A DNA stretch of 64,000 nt from Escherichia phage UFV-AREG1. The notes beneath the pieces are model-generated. The model was not told the DNA's origin. It saw only the letters and a list, made by a program, of their open reading frames with translations, and searched no databases. This document shows positions 10,570-18,752 of this stretch, piece after piece. The stretch is from sequence record KX009778. One strand, written 5' to 3'. The translations under genes were made by a program, and so were the position numbers. Position 1 is the first letter of the stretch. Each line of letters opens with the position of its first letter.

Positions 10570-11325
10570 TTATCCTCGGATAAGTTTAAAAAATGAACAA
10601 TTTAGCGGGTATCCTCTTTTCAGTTTAAGTTTATCAATAAAAGACAAGTTTTGATACCGCTCTACACCTTGAATAATTTTATCACACATATCATATTGCA
10701 TTTCTGCTTCTGACAACTTTTTCACAATTTTCCAATCCGAGCCTTTAAGAAGAACGTTCAGTTTAACAACTTCAGCGCCTTCTGCTATGCGAGAACCATC
10801 AATACGAGCTTTAAGTGCTATAATCCTTAGCTTAATGTCAGAGGTCTGTTTTGATTTAGAAAGCTGAGAAATGTGTTCAATTCGATTTTCACGCTTTTTC
10901 TGTATAGCTTTAATTTGATTATAAGTCTTTTTGATTTTAGCCCATTTCTTTTCATCTAAATTTAGTTTATGAACTTTTTTCGCAGATGAACGACCAATTC
11001 GCAAAGCAAATAAATCCCGTTTTTCAATCAACTCTTCTAAAGTATAATCAGAACGAAATGTATTATACTTTTTCTTTACTGCAATAACATTCCCTTTAAT
11101 GTATCCAATGTTATTATCAAAACGTTCTAATGATAATTTCTCTCCTTCAATACGATTATCAAAAGGTTCTCCTGAATAGGCACAAACTTTTTGATCTAAA
11201 ATATTCTTAATGTAATTGAAGTCTAAGTTAAAATCTTTAGAACGTCTTTTTGCAGATGCCTGAGTGTGCTCTAAACGACGTTTAATTTTACGAATTTGAT
11301 TATTAGACATATTATGCAGTTTCAT
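10570..11325 (-). CDS. Srd-position protein (possible sigma-related early protein)
   Basis: 251 aa, basic; position between dda.1 and modA as T4 srd; early promoter 11361-11390. Confidence 0.5.
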   Translation of the reverse strand: MKLHNMSNNQIRKIKRRLEHTQASAKRRSKDFNLDFNYIKNILDQKVCAYSGEPFDNRIEGEKLSLERFDNNIGYIKGNVIAVKKKYNTFRSDYTLEELIEKRDLFALRIGRSSAKKVHKLNLDEKKWAKIKKTYNQIKAIQKKRENRIEHISQLSKSKQTSDIKLRIIALKARIDGSRIAEGAEVVKLNVLLKGSDWKIVKKLSEAEMQYDMCDKIIQGVERYQNLSFIDKLKLKRGYPLNCSFFKLIRG

Positions 11326-11360
11326 ATTTTTCTCACATCTTACGGGCGATTGACTACTAT

Positions 11361-11390
11361 ACTATAACATTTTTACCTTAGCTTGTAAAC
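11361..11390 (-). promoter_or_regulatory. early promoter for srd-position gene
   Basis: minus strand GTTTACA-17-TATAGT. Confidence 0.55.
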
Positions 11391-11447
11391 AACTTTATGC
11401 AAAAATGCTTTAAAAATTTCATGGTATAATGAATCTAAGTCCTTCCA

Positions 11448-12050
11448 TTATAGATTAAATCCTTCAAAATCAAGAGTATAGATAGTGTATGTTGAATACT
11501 TTTTATACTCATATCTATCTGCAATTCTAAATACACTTCCAGCTGGTATCATTACTTCTTGTTCATCTGAAACTAATTCCATATTACGATAACGATGGCT
11601 ATCCGGAAACTTAAAGTTTGGATTGTATTCTTTACAGCGTAGAGCTTTTATAGCATACTCCTGGAAATTGAACACCATAGGAGCTTTGAATTCAAAAATA
11701 ACTTGTGTGTTATACTCTAAACCTGAAGCAAAATGCAGAGCTATATTTTTATCATATGAAGCTGATACGACTTTATCAAATGTAATAATATCAATTCCTT
11801 GATTTAACACCTGCTTAGTCTCAGCTGGAACACCTCTCCAAAGAGGTTTATCGTTTGGAACCAAACGAGATTTGATTATTTCATTTAACCAAGTATGGTC
11901 ATCTGGTTTGTTGGTAATACAATGAATTAAAAGTTCAATTTCAGATAAATTAAACCCTTCAGAAAGTAATTCTTCACGAATAGAAGCACGCACCGATGCA
12001 TCCATTGATTTGATTTTAAAATCTTTTAATTGCATTGCTGAATATTTCAT
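11448..12050 (-). CDS. modA: ADP-ribosyltransferase ModA
   Basis: 200 aa as T4 ModA; ART-like R / S-x-S / E elements (LWRGVP, SASYD, QEVMIPAG); synteny. Confidence 0.75.
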   Translation of the reverse strand: MKYSAMQLKDFKIKSMDASVRASIREELLSEGFNLSEIELLIHCITNKPDDHTWLNEIIKSRLVPNDKPLWRGVPAETKQVLNQGIDIITFDKVVSASYDKNIALHFASGLEYNTQVIFEFKAPMVFNFQEYAIKALRCKEYNPNFKFPDSHRYRNMELVSDEQEVMIPAGSVFRIADRYEYKKYSTYTIYTLDFEGFNL

Positions 12051-12682
12051 TCAACTACCTCAATATCATACACTTTAAATGTTCCAAATGAATCATGTAA
12101 TTTTTCTTTTGAAATAGAAGTTATTTTATACTTTCCAATTGGAATCATCCATTCTTGTTCACGCACAATCATCATTAAGTTATCAGTACGTTCTGAATCT
12201 AATCCATCAGTATCTTCATATGTATACTTAAACTCAGTATTAGGAGAAGAAAGTATAATATCGCTGATATGGTCAGAGTAATTAAAAGCTTTATCAGTTT
12301 TTAAGCGAAGTACTATTTCAGTGAAATATTCAGCATAAGAAAAAGAACACGCTGTATGCAAACTAGTAGTAAATGAATCTACTCTGTTCGTTGAAAACAC
12401 TTCTCCAACTTGTAAATCTTTAATGAGTTCTTTTGTCGATTTTGATATACCACGATATAGCTGATAAGGCGATTTAGTTAAATGTTTTTTAACGATTTTA
12501 TTCAACTGCTGATGAAGAGCTTCATTCTTTTTGGCTTCCATACATTGCCAAAGAACTGACTGTTCAAAGTCAGTAAATTTTTCACAGACCTTTTTATACA
12601 TATCATATTGAAAATCAACGCTTTCAGCTTTTATAGATAACTGTTCAACATCTACAAGATTAATAATCATGATAGCCTCCAT
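12047..12682 (-). CDS. modB: ADP-ribosyltransferase ModB
   Basis: 211 aa; ART-like elements (LYRGIS, STN..TTS, EQEWMIPIG); adjacent to modA; early promoter 12697-12726. Confidence 0.7.
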   Translation of the reverse strand: MEAIMIINLVDVEQLSIKAESVDFQYDMYKKVCEKFTDFEQSVLWQCMEAKKNEALHQQLNKIVKKHLTKSPYQLYRGISKSTKELIKDLQVGEVFSTNRVDSFTTSLHTACSFSYAEYFTEIVLRLKTDKAFNYSDHISDIILSSPNTEFKYTYEDTDGLDSERTDNLMMIVREQEWMIPIGKYKITSISKEKLHDSFGTFKVYDIEVVE

Positions 12683-12696
12683 ATACTTCAGAAGCT

Positions 12697-12726
12697 ATCA
12701 TATCATTGTTAGGAAGGAAAGTAAAC
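12697..12726 (-). promoter_or_regulatory. early promoter for modB
   Basis: minus strand GTTTAC-18-TATGAT followed by GGAGG RBS. Confidence 0.55.
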
Positions 12727-12737
12727 AACTTTTTGAA

Positions 12738-12920
12738 TTATTTTGCCCAGGGAGCCCAGGGCGGAGGGTCAAGATGGTATGAAGCTAGTTCTTCTAGAAG
12801 AGCATCTGGAGCTTCAATTCCATAATTCTGTAATACTATACGGTATTCTTTCTTATAATCACTAGAATCATTCTGGATATTCGTAGAATGATTATCTTCT
12901 AACATCTCAAATAAATCCAT
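12738..12920 (-). CDS. hypothetical small protein
   Basis: 60-aa ORF. Confidence 0.4.
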   Translation of the reverse strand: MDLFEMLEDNHSTNIQNDSSDYKKEYRIVLQNYGIEAPDALLEELASYHLDPPPWAPWAK

Positions 12921-12928
12921 ATTAATTC

Positions 12929-13399
12929 CTAGCGATAAAAACCAAAATAACGATTAGTTTCAATAATCTTTCTTTCTTCTTCGGACATTCTCCAGCGTAG
13001 TCCAACATCAAAATGAGCCCAGACCATCTTAACAAATGCATTTATATCTTTAATATCTTCAATAATGAATGTTTTACTTTTAAAAGGTTGACTCGCTAAT
13101 TTAACTTTATCGTCTTCAAACAGGTCAAAAAGACCATATTCATGAGCTCTTTTATAGCCTTTGATAGTTAAAGCCTCAGAAGAAGAAAATGGTGAATCAG
13201 TATTCTGCAAAATATCTTCAGTATGCTTTATAATTAGGATAACATTTTCTGGATATTTTCTTTCTTTTATATCTTTAATTAAAATATCCGGATTTTCTGC
13301 TAAAGGAATAATTAATGAGCACTCTTTATCAAGTGTATTTACCGATTTACCTTCTTTAGACATAAATTCTATTGAATAATGTTTTGCTACTTCAATCAT
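12929..13399 (-). CDS. hypothetical protein
   Basis: 156-aa ORF. Confidence 0.5.
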   Translation of the reverse strand: MIEVAKHYSIEFMSKEGKSVNTLDKECSLIIPLAENPDILIKDIKERKYPENVILIIKHTEDILQNTDSPFSSSEALTIKGYKRAHEYGLFDLFEDDKVKLASQPFKSKTFIIEDIKDINAFVKMVWAHFDVGLRWRMSEEERKIIETNRYFGFYR

Positions 13400-13552
13400 G
13401 TGATTTCCTCTTGCCTACTAATGGGCCGTCAGGAATTTTGTTTTCCTGGATATATTTCTCATTTTCTTCCATCATTTTACTGCCAATTTTAAGAAGCAAA
13501 TCCAACGCTTCATTTGCTTTAGCCTTGGCCTCTTCTAACGTCATATCTTTGT

Positions 13553-13756
13553 TCACGATTTATCCCCGTAGATGTCTCTCATCAATTTAAGCGCTGAGCG
13601 TTCTAATTTCTTTTCTTTCTCAGCACTAATCATTGATTTCATCCATTCTTCTGATTCGTTCTGCATTTCTTTATTTGCCTGTTCAACCCAACCATCATCA
13701 ATGTACATTGAGTTTGGTCTATTGAACCATTCAAACATTTTCTTCAGAACTTTCAT
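13553..13756 (-). CDS. hypothetical small protein
   Basis: 67-aa ORF. Confidence 0.4.
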   Translation of the reverse strand: MKVLKKMFEWFNRPNSMYIDDGWVEQANKEMQNESEEWMKSMISAEKEKKLERSALKLMRDIYGDKS

Positions 13757-14228
13757 TTACTTTACCCAAAACAACAGTAGGAGCATCATCAAATTCATGA
13801 ATTTTTAGCAAATTTGGATGTAAACTATTCCATACAGAAGAAATAAAGTATGATAACGCATCTTCACTCGCAATTATAAATTTATTTCCTTTATCTATTT
13901 TCCAACTATATAATGAATCATACGAATAGAAAGATAAAGGTTTATCATTATATTGTTCTGCGCTAACATTAATGTATTCGGATTTAGTAAATGCTTCAAT
14001 TGCTCTAAATGGAATATTTGGTACAGTTTCAATGATACCAATCTTTTTAAGTTTTATTTCAGCATCTTCTGGAACTGGCATTGAAACGAAATTTTCTACG
14101 AGATACATTGGGTCACAATAACCCTTATCAATCATTACTGCTACGGTAATTGGAACGTCTTTAGCAAACGACATACTATTACTGCTAATATACATTTCAA
14201 ACAAAATTGCTTCCATAATTTTCCTCAA
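13731..14228 (-). CDS. hypothetical protein
   Basis: 165-aa ORF. Confidence 0.5.
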   Translation of the reverse strand: MRKIMEAILFEMYISSNSMSFAKDVPITVAVMIDKGYCDPMYLVENFVSMPVPEDAEIKLKKIGIIETVPNIPFRAIEAFTKSEYINVSAEQYNDKPLSFYSYDSLYSWKIDKGNKFIIASEDALSYFISSVWNSLHPNLLKIHEFDDAPTVVLGKVNESSEENV

Positions 14229-14566
14229 TCACAAGACGTAGATGAACAACTAGAATCACAAGAACTTCCACATGAATCGCCCGTCCATACATGAACAGGA
14301 ACATTAGTATCATATGAATCAGAACTAGACTGTGTATTCTGTGCATTAGATGATGTAGTAGGTACTGACCAGCGCCAAGGATTTTTATAATATTCTTGGG
14401 CTTCTTCATAAGTCATAGTAACTGCTTCTACTGTTCCATCTCCCATATAAACATATTCAACTACAGTTAAAGGAAGATAGTCATTTGAAATAGGAACTAC
14501 ACCTTCTCCAGGAGTCGTAGAGAAAAAATCTGTAAAGAAATTTTTAAACCAATTAAAGATAAACAT
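14225..14566 (-). CDS. hypothetical protein with Cys/Ser-rich C-terminal tail
   Basis: 113 aa ending [18 protein letters not shown]. Confidence 0.5.
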   Translation of the reverse strand: MFIFNWFKNFFTDFFSTTPGEGVVPISNDYLPLTVVEYVYMGDGTVEAVTMTYEEAQEYYKNPWRWSVPTTSSNAQNTQSSSDSYDTNVPVHVWTGDSCGSSCDSSCSSTSCD

Positions 14567-14772
14567 TACAAAAAGCCTCTTTTGAATTCGACCTGCTTCT
14601 CACCATAATCATATCGAATCTCTGCGTTAAATTCAACAGAACCATCTGCGTACATCATAAATGAATGCACAACAACTTCTGTAGACCATGGTTGCAATTC
14701 ATATTTCTTCATTACATGCCGTGAAATGATAATATCTAAATCTTCATTTGGTTTAATCCAACGATTTAACAT
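14566..14772 (-). CDS. hypothetical small protein
   Basis: 68-aa ORF with early promoter 14799-14828. Confidence 0.45.
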   Translation of the reverse strand: MLNRWIKPNEDLDIIISRHVMKKYELQPWSTEVVVHSFMMYADGSVEFNAEIRYDYGEKQVEFKRGFL

Positions 14773-14798
14773 AGTGCTCTCCTCTATAAGATAATTCT

Positions 14799-14828
14799 AT
14801 TATACCATACTCATTTTGATATGTAAAC
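14799..14828 (-). promoter_or_regulatory. early promoter (part of stem-loop/promoter cassette)
   Basis: minus strand GTTTAC-18-TATAAT directly downstream of stem-loop 14844-14861. Confidence 0.55.
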
Positions 14829-14843
14829 CGGTAAAATGAAAAA

Positions 14844-14861
14844 GGACTCCCGAAGGAGTCC
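14844..14861 (-). terminator. stem-loop terminator downstream of soc
   Basis: GGACTCC-CGAA-GGAGTCC; on minus-strand RNA the loop is UUCG and a U-run follows. Confidence 0.6.
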
Positions 14862-14870
14862 TTAAATTAT

Positions 14871-15128
14871 TTAACCACCTACACCAGGTGTAGGTGTAAC
14901 AGTCCAAAGACCTTCATTAGCAGTGATCCATTCAGTACGCTGATTTTCTTCATATACTGTAGAATATGCTGCTTTTTCAGAAGGGAATGTCTGATAATGA
15001 GCACCAGAAATTTTGTGAACATCAGAATAAAGAGGGAAAGCTACAGAAATTTCTTTACCCTGAATTGTACCACCATCAACTGCTTGGTCAAATGTTTTGA
15101 TATTAACATAACCGCGAGTACTAGCCAT
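14871..15128 (-). CDS. soc: small outer capsid protein Soc
   Basis: 85 aa; MASTRGYVNIKTF...SVAFPLYSDVHKISGAHYQTFPSEKAAYSTVYEENQRTEW matches T4 Soc as recalled; late promoter TATAAATA upstream; stem-loop downstream. Confidence 0.9.
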   Translation of the reverse strand: MASTRGYVNIKTFDQAVDGGTIQGKEISVAFPLYSDVHKISGAHYQTFPSEKAAYSTVYEENQRTEWITANEGLWTVTPTPGVGG

Positions 15129-15144
15129 GTAATTCTCCTTTTAT

Positions 15145-15354
15145 TTAAATTACATGATTATTTATAATAAATTCTCGCGGAACGTTAAAATACCCGATTT
15201 TAGTTAATATAACAACATCACCGTTAATAATTACCGGAGAATAATCTTCTGGAGCATTAAATTTCCAATGGGCTCTAATATTATATCCATCAGAACCAAA
15301 TGCTCGACTAGCCGGTCTCCCGGCTTTTTGCCATGCATAAAAATCAAATTTCAT
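15145..15354 (-). CDS. hypothetical small protein
   Basis: 69-aa ORF. Confidence 0.45.
   Translation of the reverse strand: MKFDFYAWQKAGRPASRAFGSDGYNIRAHWKFNAPEDYSPVIINGDVVILTKIGYFNVPREFIINNHVI
15159..15166 (-). promoter_or_regulatory. late promoter TATAAATA for soc
   Basis: exact TATAAATA on minus strand about 30 nt upstream of soc ATG. Confidence 0.55.
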
Positions 15355-15545
15355 TTTGAATGCTCTATAATTAATTTTAAAGCTTCTTCACTGACAAAAA
15401 TTTCGTCAGGACCTTCTATAACTTCAACCATACGAAGTTGATTAGTTAAGAGCTCACACACGAGCTCTTTGTTATAATCTTTAAATAGCTGGTCAATACG
15501 TTTCTTATGGGCTTTCTTAAGCTGGCGCTTATTTAAACGAGCCAT
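15351..15545 (-). CDS. hypothetical small protein
   Basis: 64-aa ORF. Confidence 0.45.
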   Translation of the reverse strand: MARLNKRQLKKAHKKRIDQLFKDYNKELVCELLTNQLRMVEVIEGPDEIFVSEEALKLIIEHSK

Positions 15546-16063
15546 TAATAACCTCGGTCTTGACGGGCGAAATTTTCGGCATTTTTCAGGTAATAAAGTT
15601 TAAAGATTTCTTCTGCTGACATTCCAAGAGCAATAAATTTATTCATGAAAAAATGAAATTGGTCAATAAGTTCAAATTTAATTTCAAGCTGATCTTCGGG
15701 AGATAAATCTTGAATTTTCTTGGATTGCATTTCAGAGTAACGTTTCTTCCAAGGTTTCCATACAGCAGAAGCTTCTTTTTCGCCATTACTCATACCACCG
15801 AGAGAAGTATATAGCTCGCGAGTTTCGTCTGCGATATAATCGTCTTGGTTTCGCAGCCAAGCAAGAACTTCTCCTGCAGTTTCAAGTGAATCAGGATGAC
15901 GATTTGTTTCTGGTTTATCATTAGCCAAACGAATCTGTAAATGCCGCTGCATATCAAGCATAACCTGCAGTGGGTCAATATTGTGCATAATATTCTCAGC
16001 ATATGCACGATTTGCTTTATCAACACCTTCGATCAAATGAGCACATTCATTAAAGTAAGCCAT
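15545..16063 (-). CDS. 56: dCTPase / dCTP pyrophosphatase gp56 (MazG-like)
   Basis: ORF track gives a 203-aa version; true start taken at MAYFNECAHLIEGVDKA (172 aa), matching T4 gp56 as recalled and preceded by an RBS. Confidence 0.85.
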   Translation of the reverse strand: MAYFNECAHLIEGVDKANRAYAENIMHNIDPLQVMLDMQRHLQIRLANDKPETNRHPDSLETAGEVLAWLRNQDDYIADETRELYTSLGGMSNGEKEASAVWKPWKKRYSEMQSKKIQDLSPEDQLEIKFELIDQFHFFMNKFIALGMSAEEIFKLYYLKNAENFARQDRGY

Positions 16064-16134
16064 TATTTTTCCTTTCAATTCATGGGTTAGTAGATTAATT
16101 ATACAATAAATATATAAAGCAATAAGGAGGACAT

Positions 16135-16335
16135 ATGGTACAAAAATTAATGGCACTTGTTAATGCCATAAAAGGTAATAAAAAACGTATAGCTTTTACT
16201 ATTTCTGCTATGGTAGGAATTTTACTCTGGAACTTTATTTTATCACCAATTGCAATTGCGCATGGTGTTAATATTCCAGTAGTTACTCTTGATACATTTG
16301 TAGATTTAGCATTTGCTTTAGTTGGGTTGATTTAA
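16135..16335 (+). CDS. plus-strand hydrophobic small ORF (possible membrane peptide)
   Basis: 66 aa; AAGGAGG 4 nt upstream of ATG; lies in the 56-61 intergenic interval and overlaps the gene 61 stop by 4 nt. Confidence 0.3.
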   Translation: MVQKLMALVNAIKGNKKRIAFTISAMVGILLWNFILSPIAIAHGVNIPVVTLDTFVDLAFALVGLI

Positions 16336-17360
16336 ATCTTAGCATATTTAGATAGCCGCATTTTAGCCATCAACCCCTGGGCAATATTATTTTTCATATA
16401 TTCCATAATTTGTTCAGGGGTTGCACCTTCCTTTCTAATCATATCATTGACATCTTTTGATTTCCAGGGAGATTTATCCCAAAACATAACCCTTTCTCCT
16501 GCATCAACTAATTTAGTCATTCGCTTGATAGTGTCAGGGTGACGAGGTTCATTATCTAAAACCCACACTCGTCTATCTTTAAATGGAACAACTTCTAGGT
16601 CTAATTGACCACCCGTAATAGCTATACCATTTTCAATAAAAAGTGAATCTATAGGTCCTTCTAGAACATATACATCACCATCTTTAACTCGTTCGACACC
16701 ATAAATTTTTGTTGCCTCAGGATAAGCTTTAATGGTGATATATTTTTGAGGAGCATCTTTCTTTAATGCACGTCCTTGAAAAGACTCAGCTTTTCCGTTA
16801 GCATTATAAATTGGAATAACAAGACGAGGCTCAGAAATTTCCTTTTTGTATGTTCCCGGTGCGATGCTATTAACTAATTTAGGCCATTCGGTTGTAAACC
16901 AAAGATATTTCCATTTATCCTTTGGAATACAACGAGCTTTTACATATTTTATAATTGGATGGTCTTCCGCCAGTTTATCTAATCTAACACATGACGGAAG
17001 AGATTTAATTATTTTCTTCTCAGGTTGTTTAGGAAGTTCTTTAGGTTTTTCTACTGGACGACTTTTACCTTTTTCTTTTCTTATTTCAAAGATATACTCA
17101 CGATATAAATCAGGTTCAAACTCCTTTAAATATATTCCGATTGGTGCATGATAGTTACAGTTATAACAATGAATATTTCCTTCATTATTATCGCCATAAT
17201 ACCATCCACGAGCTTTATTCTGGTCGGTTTTTGAATCTCCACAAACAGGGCATCTAAACCGCAATTTAAAAGTTGAACTATTATTTACTTGTGTGAATTT
17301 AGGTAAATGAGCTAATGCACGGTATGCAAACTCATTATCAATCCAAGGTATTGATGACAT
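16332..17360 (-). CDS. 61: DNA primase gp61
   Basis: 342 aa as T4 gp61; zinc ribbon CPVCGDSKTDQNKARGWYY...CYNC; TOPRIM-like core. Confidence 0.9.
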   Translation of the reverse strand: MSSIPWIDNEFAYRALAHLPKFTQVNNSSTFKLRFRCPVCGDSKTDQNKARGWYYGDNNEGNIHCYNCNYHAPIGIYLKEFEPDLYREYIFEIRKEKGKSRPVEKPKELPKQPEKKIIKSLPSCVRLDKLAEDHPIIKYVKARCIPKDKWKYLWFTTEWPKLVNSIAPGTYKKEISEPRLVIPIYNANGKAESFQGRALKKDAPQKYITIKAYPEATKIYGVERVKDGDVYVLEGPIDSLFIENGIAITGGQLDLEVVPFKDRRVWVLDNEPRHPDTIKRMTKLVDAGERVMFWDKSPWKSKDVNDMIRKEGATPEQIMEYMKNNIAQGLMAKMRLSKYAKI

Positions 17361-17362
17361 TT

Positions 17363-17527
17363 TTACTCTTCTTTTTCTTTAGATTCCTCTTTTTTCTTTT
17401 TAGGAATCTGTTCAGGACCTTTATTTACTACAGCGCCCGACGTTGTTCCAGTAGAGATATTTTCAGGATTACCACCTGAATCTCCAGCTACCATATCTTC
17501 TTTAATAAATTCTTTATATGTTTTCAT
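17363..17527 (-). CDS. small acidic/lysine-rich protein with CTS-like N-terminus
   Basis: 54-aa ORF not in track; my translation MKTYKEFIKEDMVAGDSGGNPENISTGTTSGAVVNKGPEQIPKKKKEESKEKEE. Confidence 0.4.
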   Translation of the reverse strand: MKTYKEFIKEDMVAGDSGGNPENISTGTTSGAVVNKGPEQIPKKKKEESKEKEE

Positions 17528-17528
17528 A

Positions 17529-17885
17529 TTAACCTCTATTCATAAAAGCATTAAAAATTTGGTCATCAATAGAAGGTGCAGCGATATTTTCTGCATCATT
17601 TAGCAAATCATTAATTTCATCAGATAGCATAACACATGTACCTTTATTTCCTGTAATTGTTACTGCGCAATTACGAACGTTTTCTTTATTAAATTTTAGG
17701 TTAATATTTTCGTAATGAAAATCCTTTAATGCTGAATATATTTTTAAAATAAAATTGTCTTTTACTACAATAAACCCAACCTCACTATTAAAACGTGGTT
17801 CATGGAAACTGTAATAAACCTTTTCATCTATAAAATCGTATGAAATTTTTTCCATTTTTAAATATGAAAATTCAGAACTATACAT
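17529..17885 (-). CDS. hypothetical protein
   Basis: 118-aa ORF. Confidence 0.5.
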   Translation of the reverse strand: MYSSEFSYLKMEKISYDFIDEKVYYSFHEPRFNSEVGFIVVKDNFILKIYSALKDFHYENINLKFNKENVRNCAVTITGNKGTCVMLSDEINDLLNDAENIAAPSIDDQIFNAFMNRG

Positions 17886-17897
17886 ATTAACCTCTAA

Positions 17898-18191
17898 TTA
17901 CTCACCTACCACTTCAGCGATGATATTTTTATTATTGAAGTTTTTATCACAATACAGAACGTAATTATACTGCATTACACCACCAGACTTAAGCTGTTTT
18001 TGTACTTCAGCTTTCATTTCAGGGCGATCACGCTCAACGATATTCATAATATCCGCTTCAATTTGAGTTTCAACTTCAGTCTGATCCGCAGTCATAGACC
18101 ATTCACACAAATCTTTATCATATCCTGCCATAGCAGGCTGAGCAGCACAAGAAGCCAAAGCAAAAATTGTAGCAAAGATAAATTTTTTCAT
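17898..18191 (-). CDS. sp: Spackle periplasmic protein (superinfection exclusion / lysozyme inhibitor)
   Basis: 97 aa with signal peptide MKKFIFATIFALASCAAQPAMA; matches T4 Sp as recalled; early promoter 18220-18249. Confidence 0.8.
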   Translation of the reverse strand: MKKFIFATIFALASCAAQPAMAGYDKDLCEWSMTADQTEVETQIEADIMNIVERDRPEMKAEVQKQLKSGGVMQYNYVLYCDKNFNNKNIIAEVVGE

Positions 18192-18219
18192 GATAATCTC
18201 CTCAGTAGTTTATGTTTAT

Positions 18220-18249
18220 ATAGTATCTCAATTTCCAATAAAAGTAAAC
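18220..18249 (-). promoter_or_regulatory. early promoter for sp
   Basis: minus strand GTTTAC-18-TACTAT. Confidence 0.5.
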
Positions 18250-18251
18250 AG

Positions 18252-18509
18252 TTATTTTAAAACTTCTGCGTAATCACATGTTACAAACTGTTTCTCTAGC
18301 TTAACGATCTTACGAAAATACCTTTTACACTGACGAATCTGCCTCTTCGTAGGGCGAACAGCAAACTTAATAAATTCCACTCGACCAAATGGAGGGTTTT
18401 CTTCTGTTGGAATATCTAACACCAATTCCCACGTATCTGCAATAAGTGCTTTGAATTGCGTATTTTTCCTGACGTTATACGGAGTAGGTTTAAATAAAAC
18501 AATATGCAT
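18252..18509 (-). CDS. hypothetical protein
   Basis: ORF 18252-18551; start moved to MHIVLFKPT preceded by GAGGA, abutting dmd stop. Confidence 0.45.
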   Translation of the reverse strand: MHIVLFKPTPYNVRKNTQFKALIADTWELVLDIPTEENPPFGRVEFIKFAVRPTKRQIRQCKRYFRKIVKLEKQFVTCDYAEVLK

Positions 18510-18510
18510 A

Positions 18511-18693
18511 TTATCCTCGGCAATCCACTTCACACACTTTCTTGTCATCAATGAAAGCTTTAACTAATGCTTTATTAACTTCAGCATATTGAGTAGTAGC
18601 CCATTGAACGTCATCTTTCATCATTGTGATTTCTTTAGTAAACATGCTTTCATTCTTAAACCACCCCATAAAAACTACCTTTACCAATTCCAT
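18511..18693 (-). CDS. dmd: Dmd antitoxin (discriminator of mRNA degradation; inhibitor of RnlA/LsoA)
   Basis: 60 aa; MELVKVVFMGWFKNESMFTKEITMMKDDVQW matches T4 Dmd as recalled; directly downstream of gene 41. Confidence 0.7.
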   Translation of the reverse strand: MELVKVVFMGWFKNESMFTKEITMMKDDVQWATTQYAEVNKALVKAFIDDKKVCEVDCRG

Positions 18694-18722
18694 AACAATC
18701 TCCTCATTTAACCAACAAGACT

Positions 18723-18752
18723 ACTATACCATAGTCTTGTCAGCTTGTAAAC
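18723..18752 (-). promoter_or_regulatory. early promoter for dmd
   Basis: minus strand GTTTAC-18-TATAGT; -10 embedded in palindrome CAAGACTA..TAGTCTTG. Confidence 0.5.

Noticed and set aside
15790-16026. 78-aa minus-strand ORF
   Set aside because: Lies entirely inside gene 56 in another frame.
15545-16156. 203-aa version of gene 56 with hydrophobic N-terminal extension
   Set aside because: Extension has no RBS and runs into the promoter region; the internal ATG (MAYFNEC) has an RBS and gives the expected dCTPase length.
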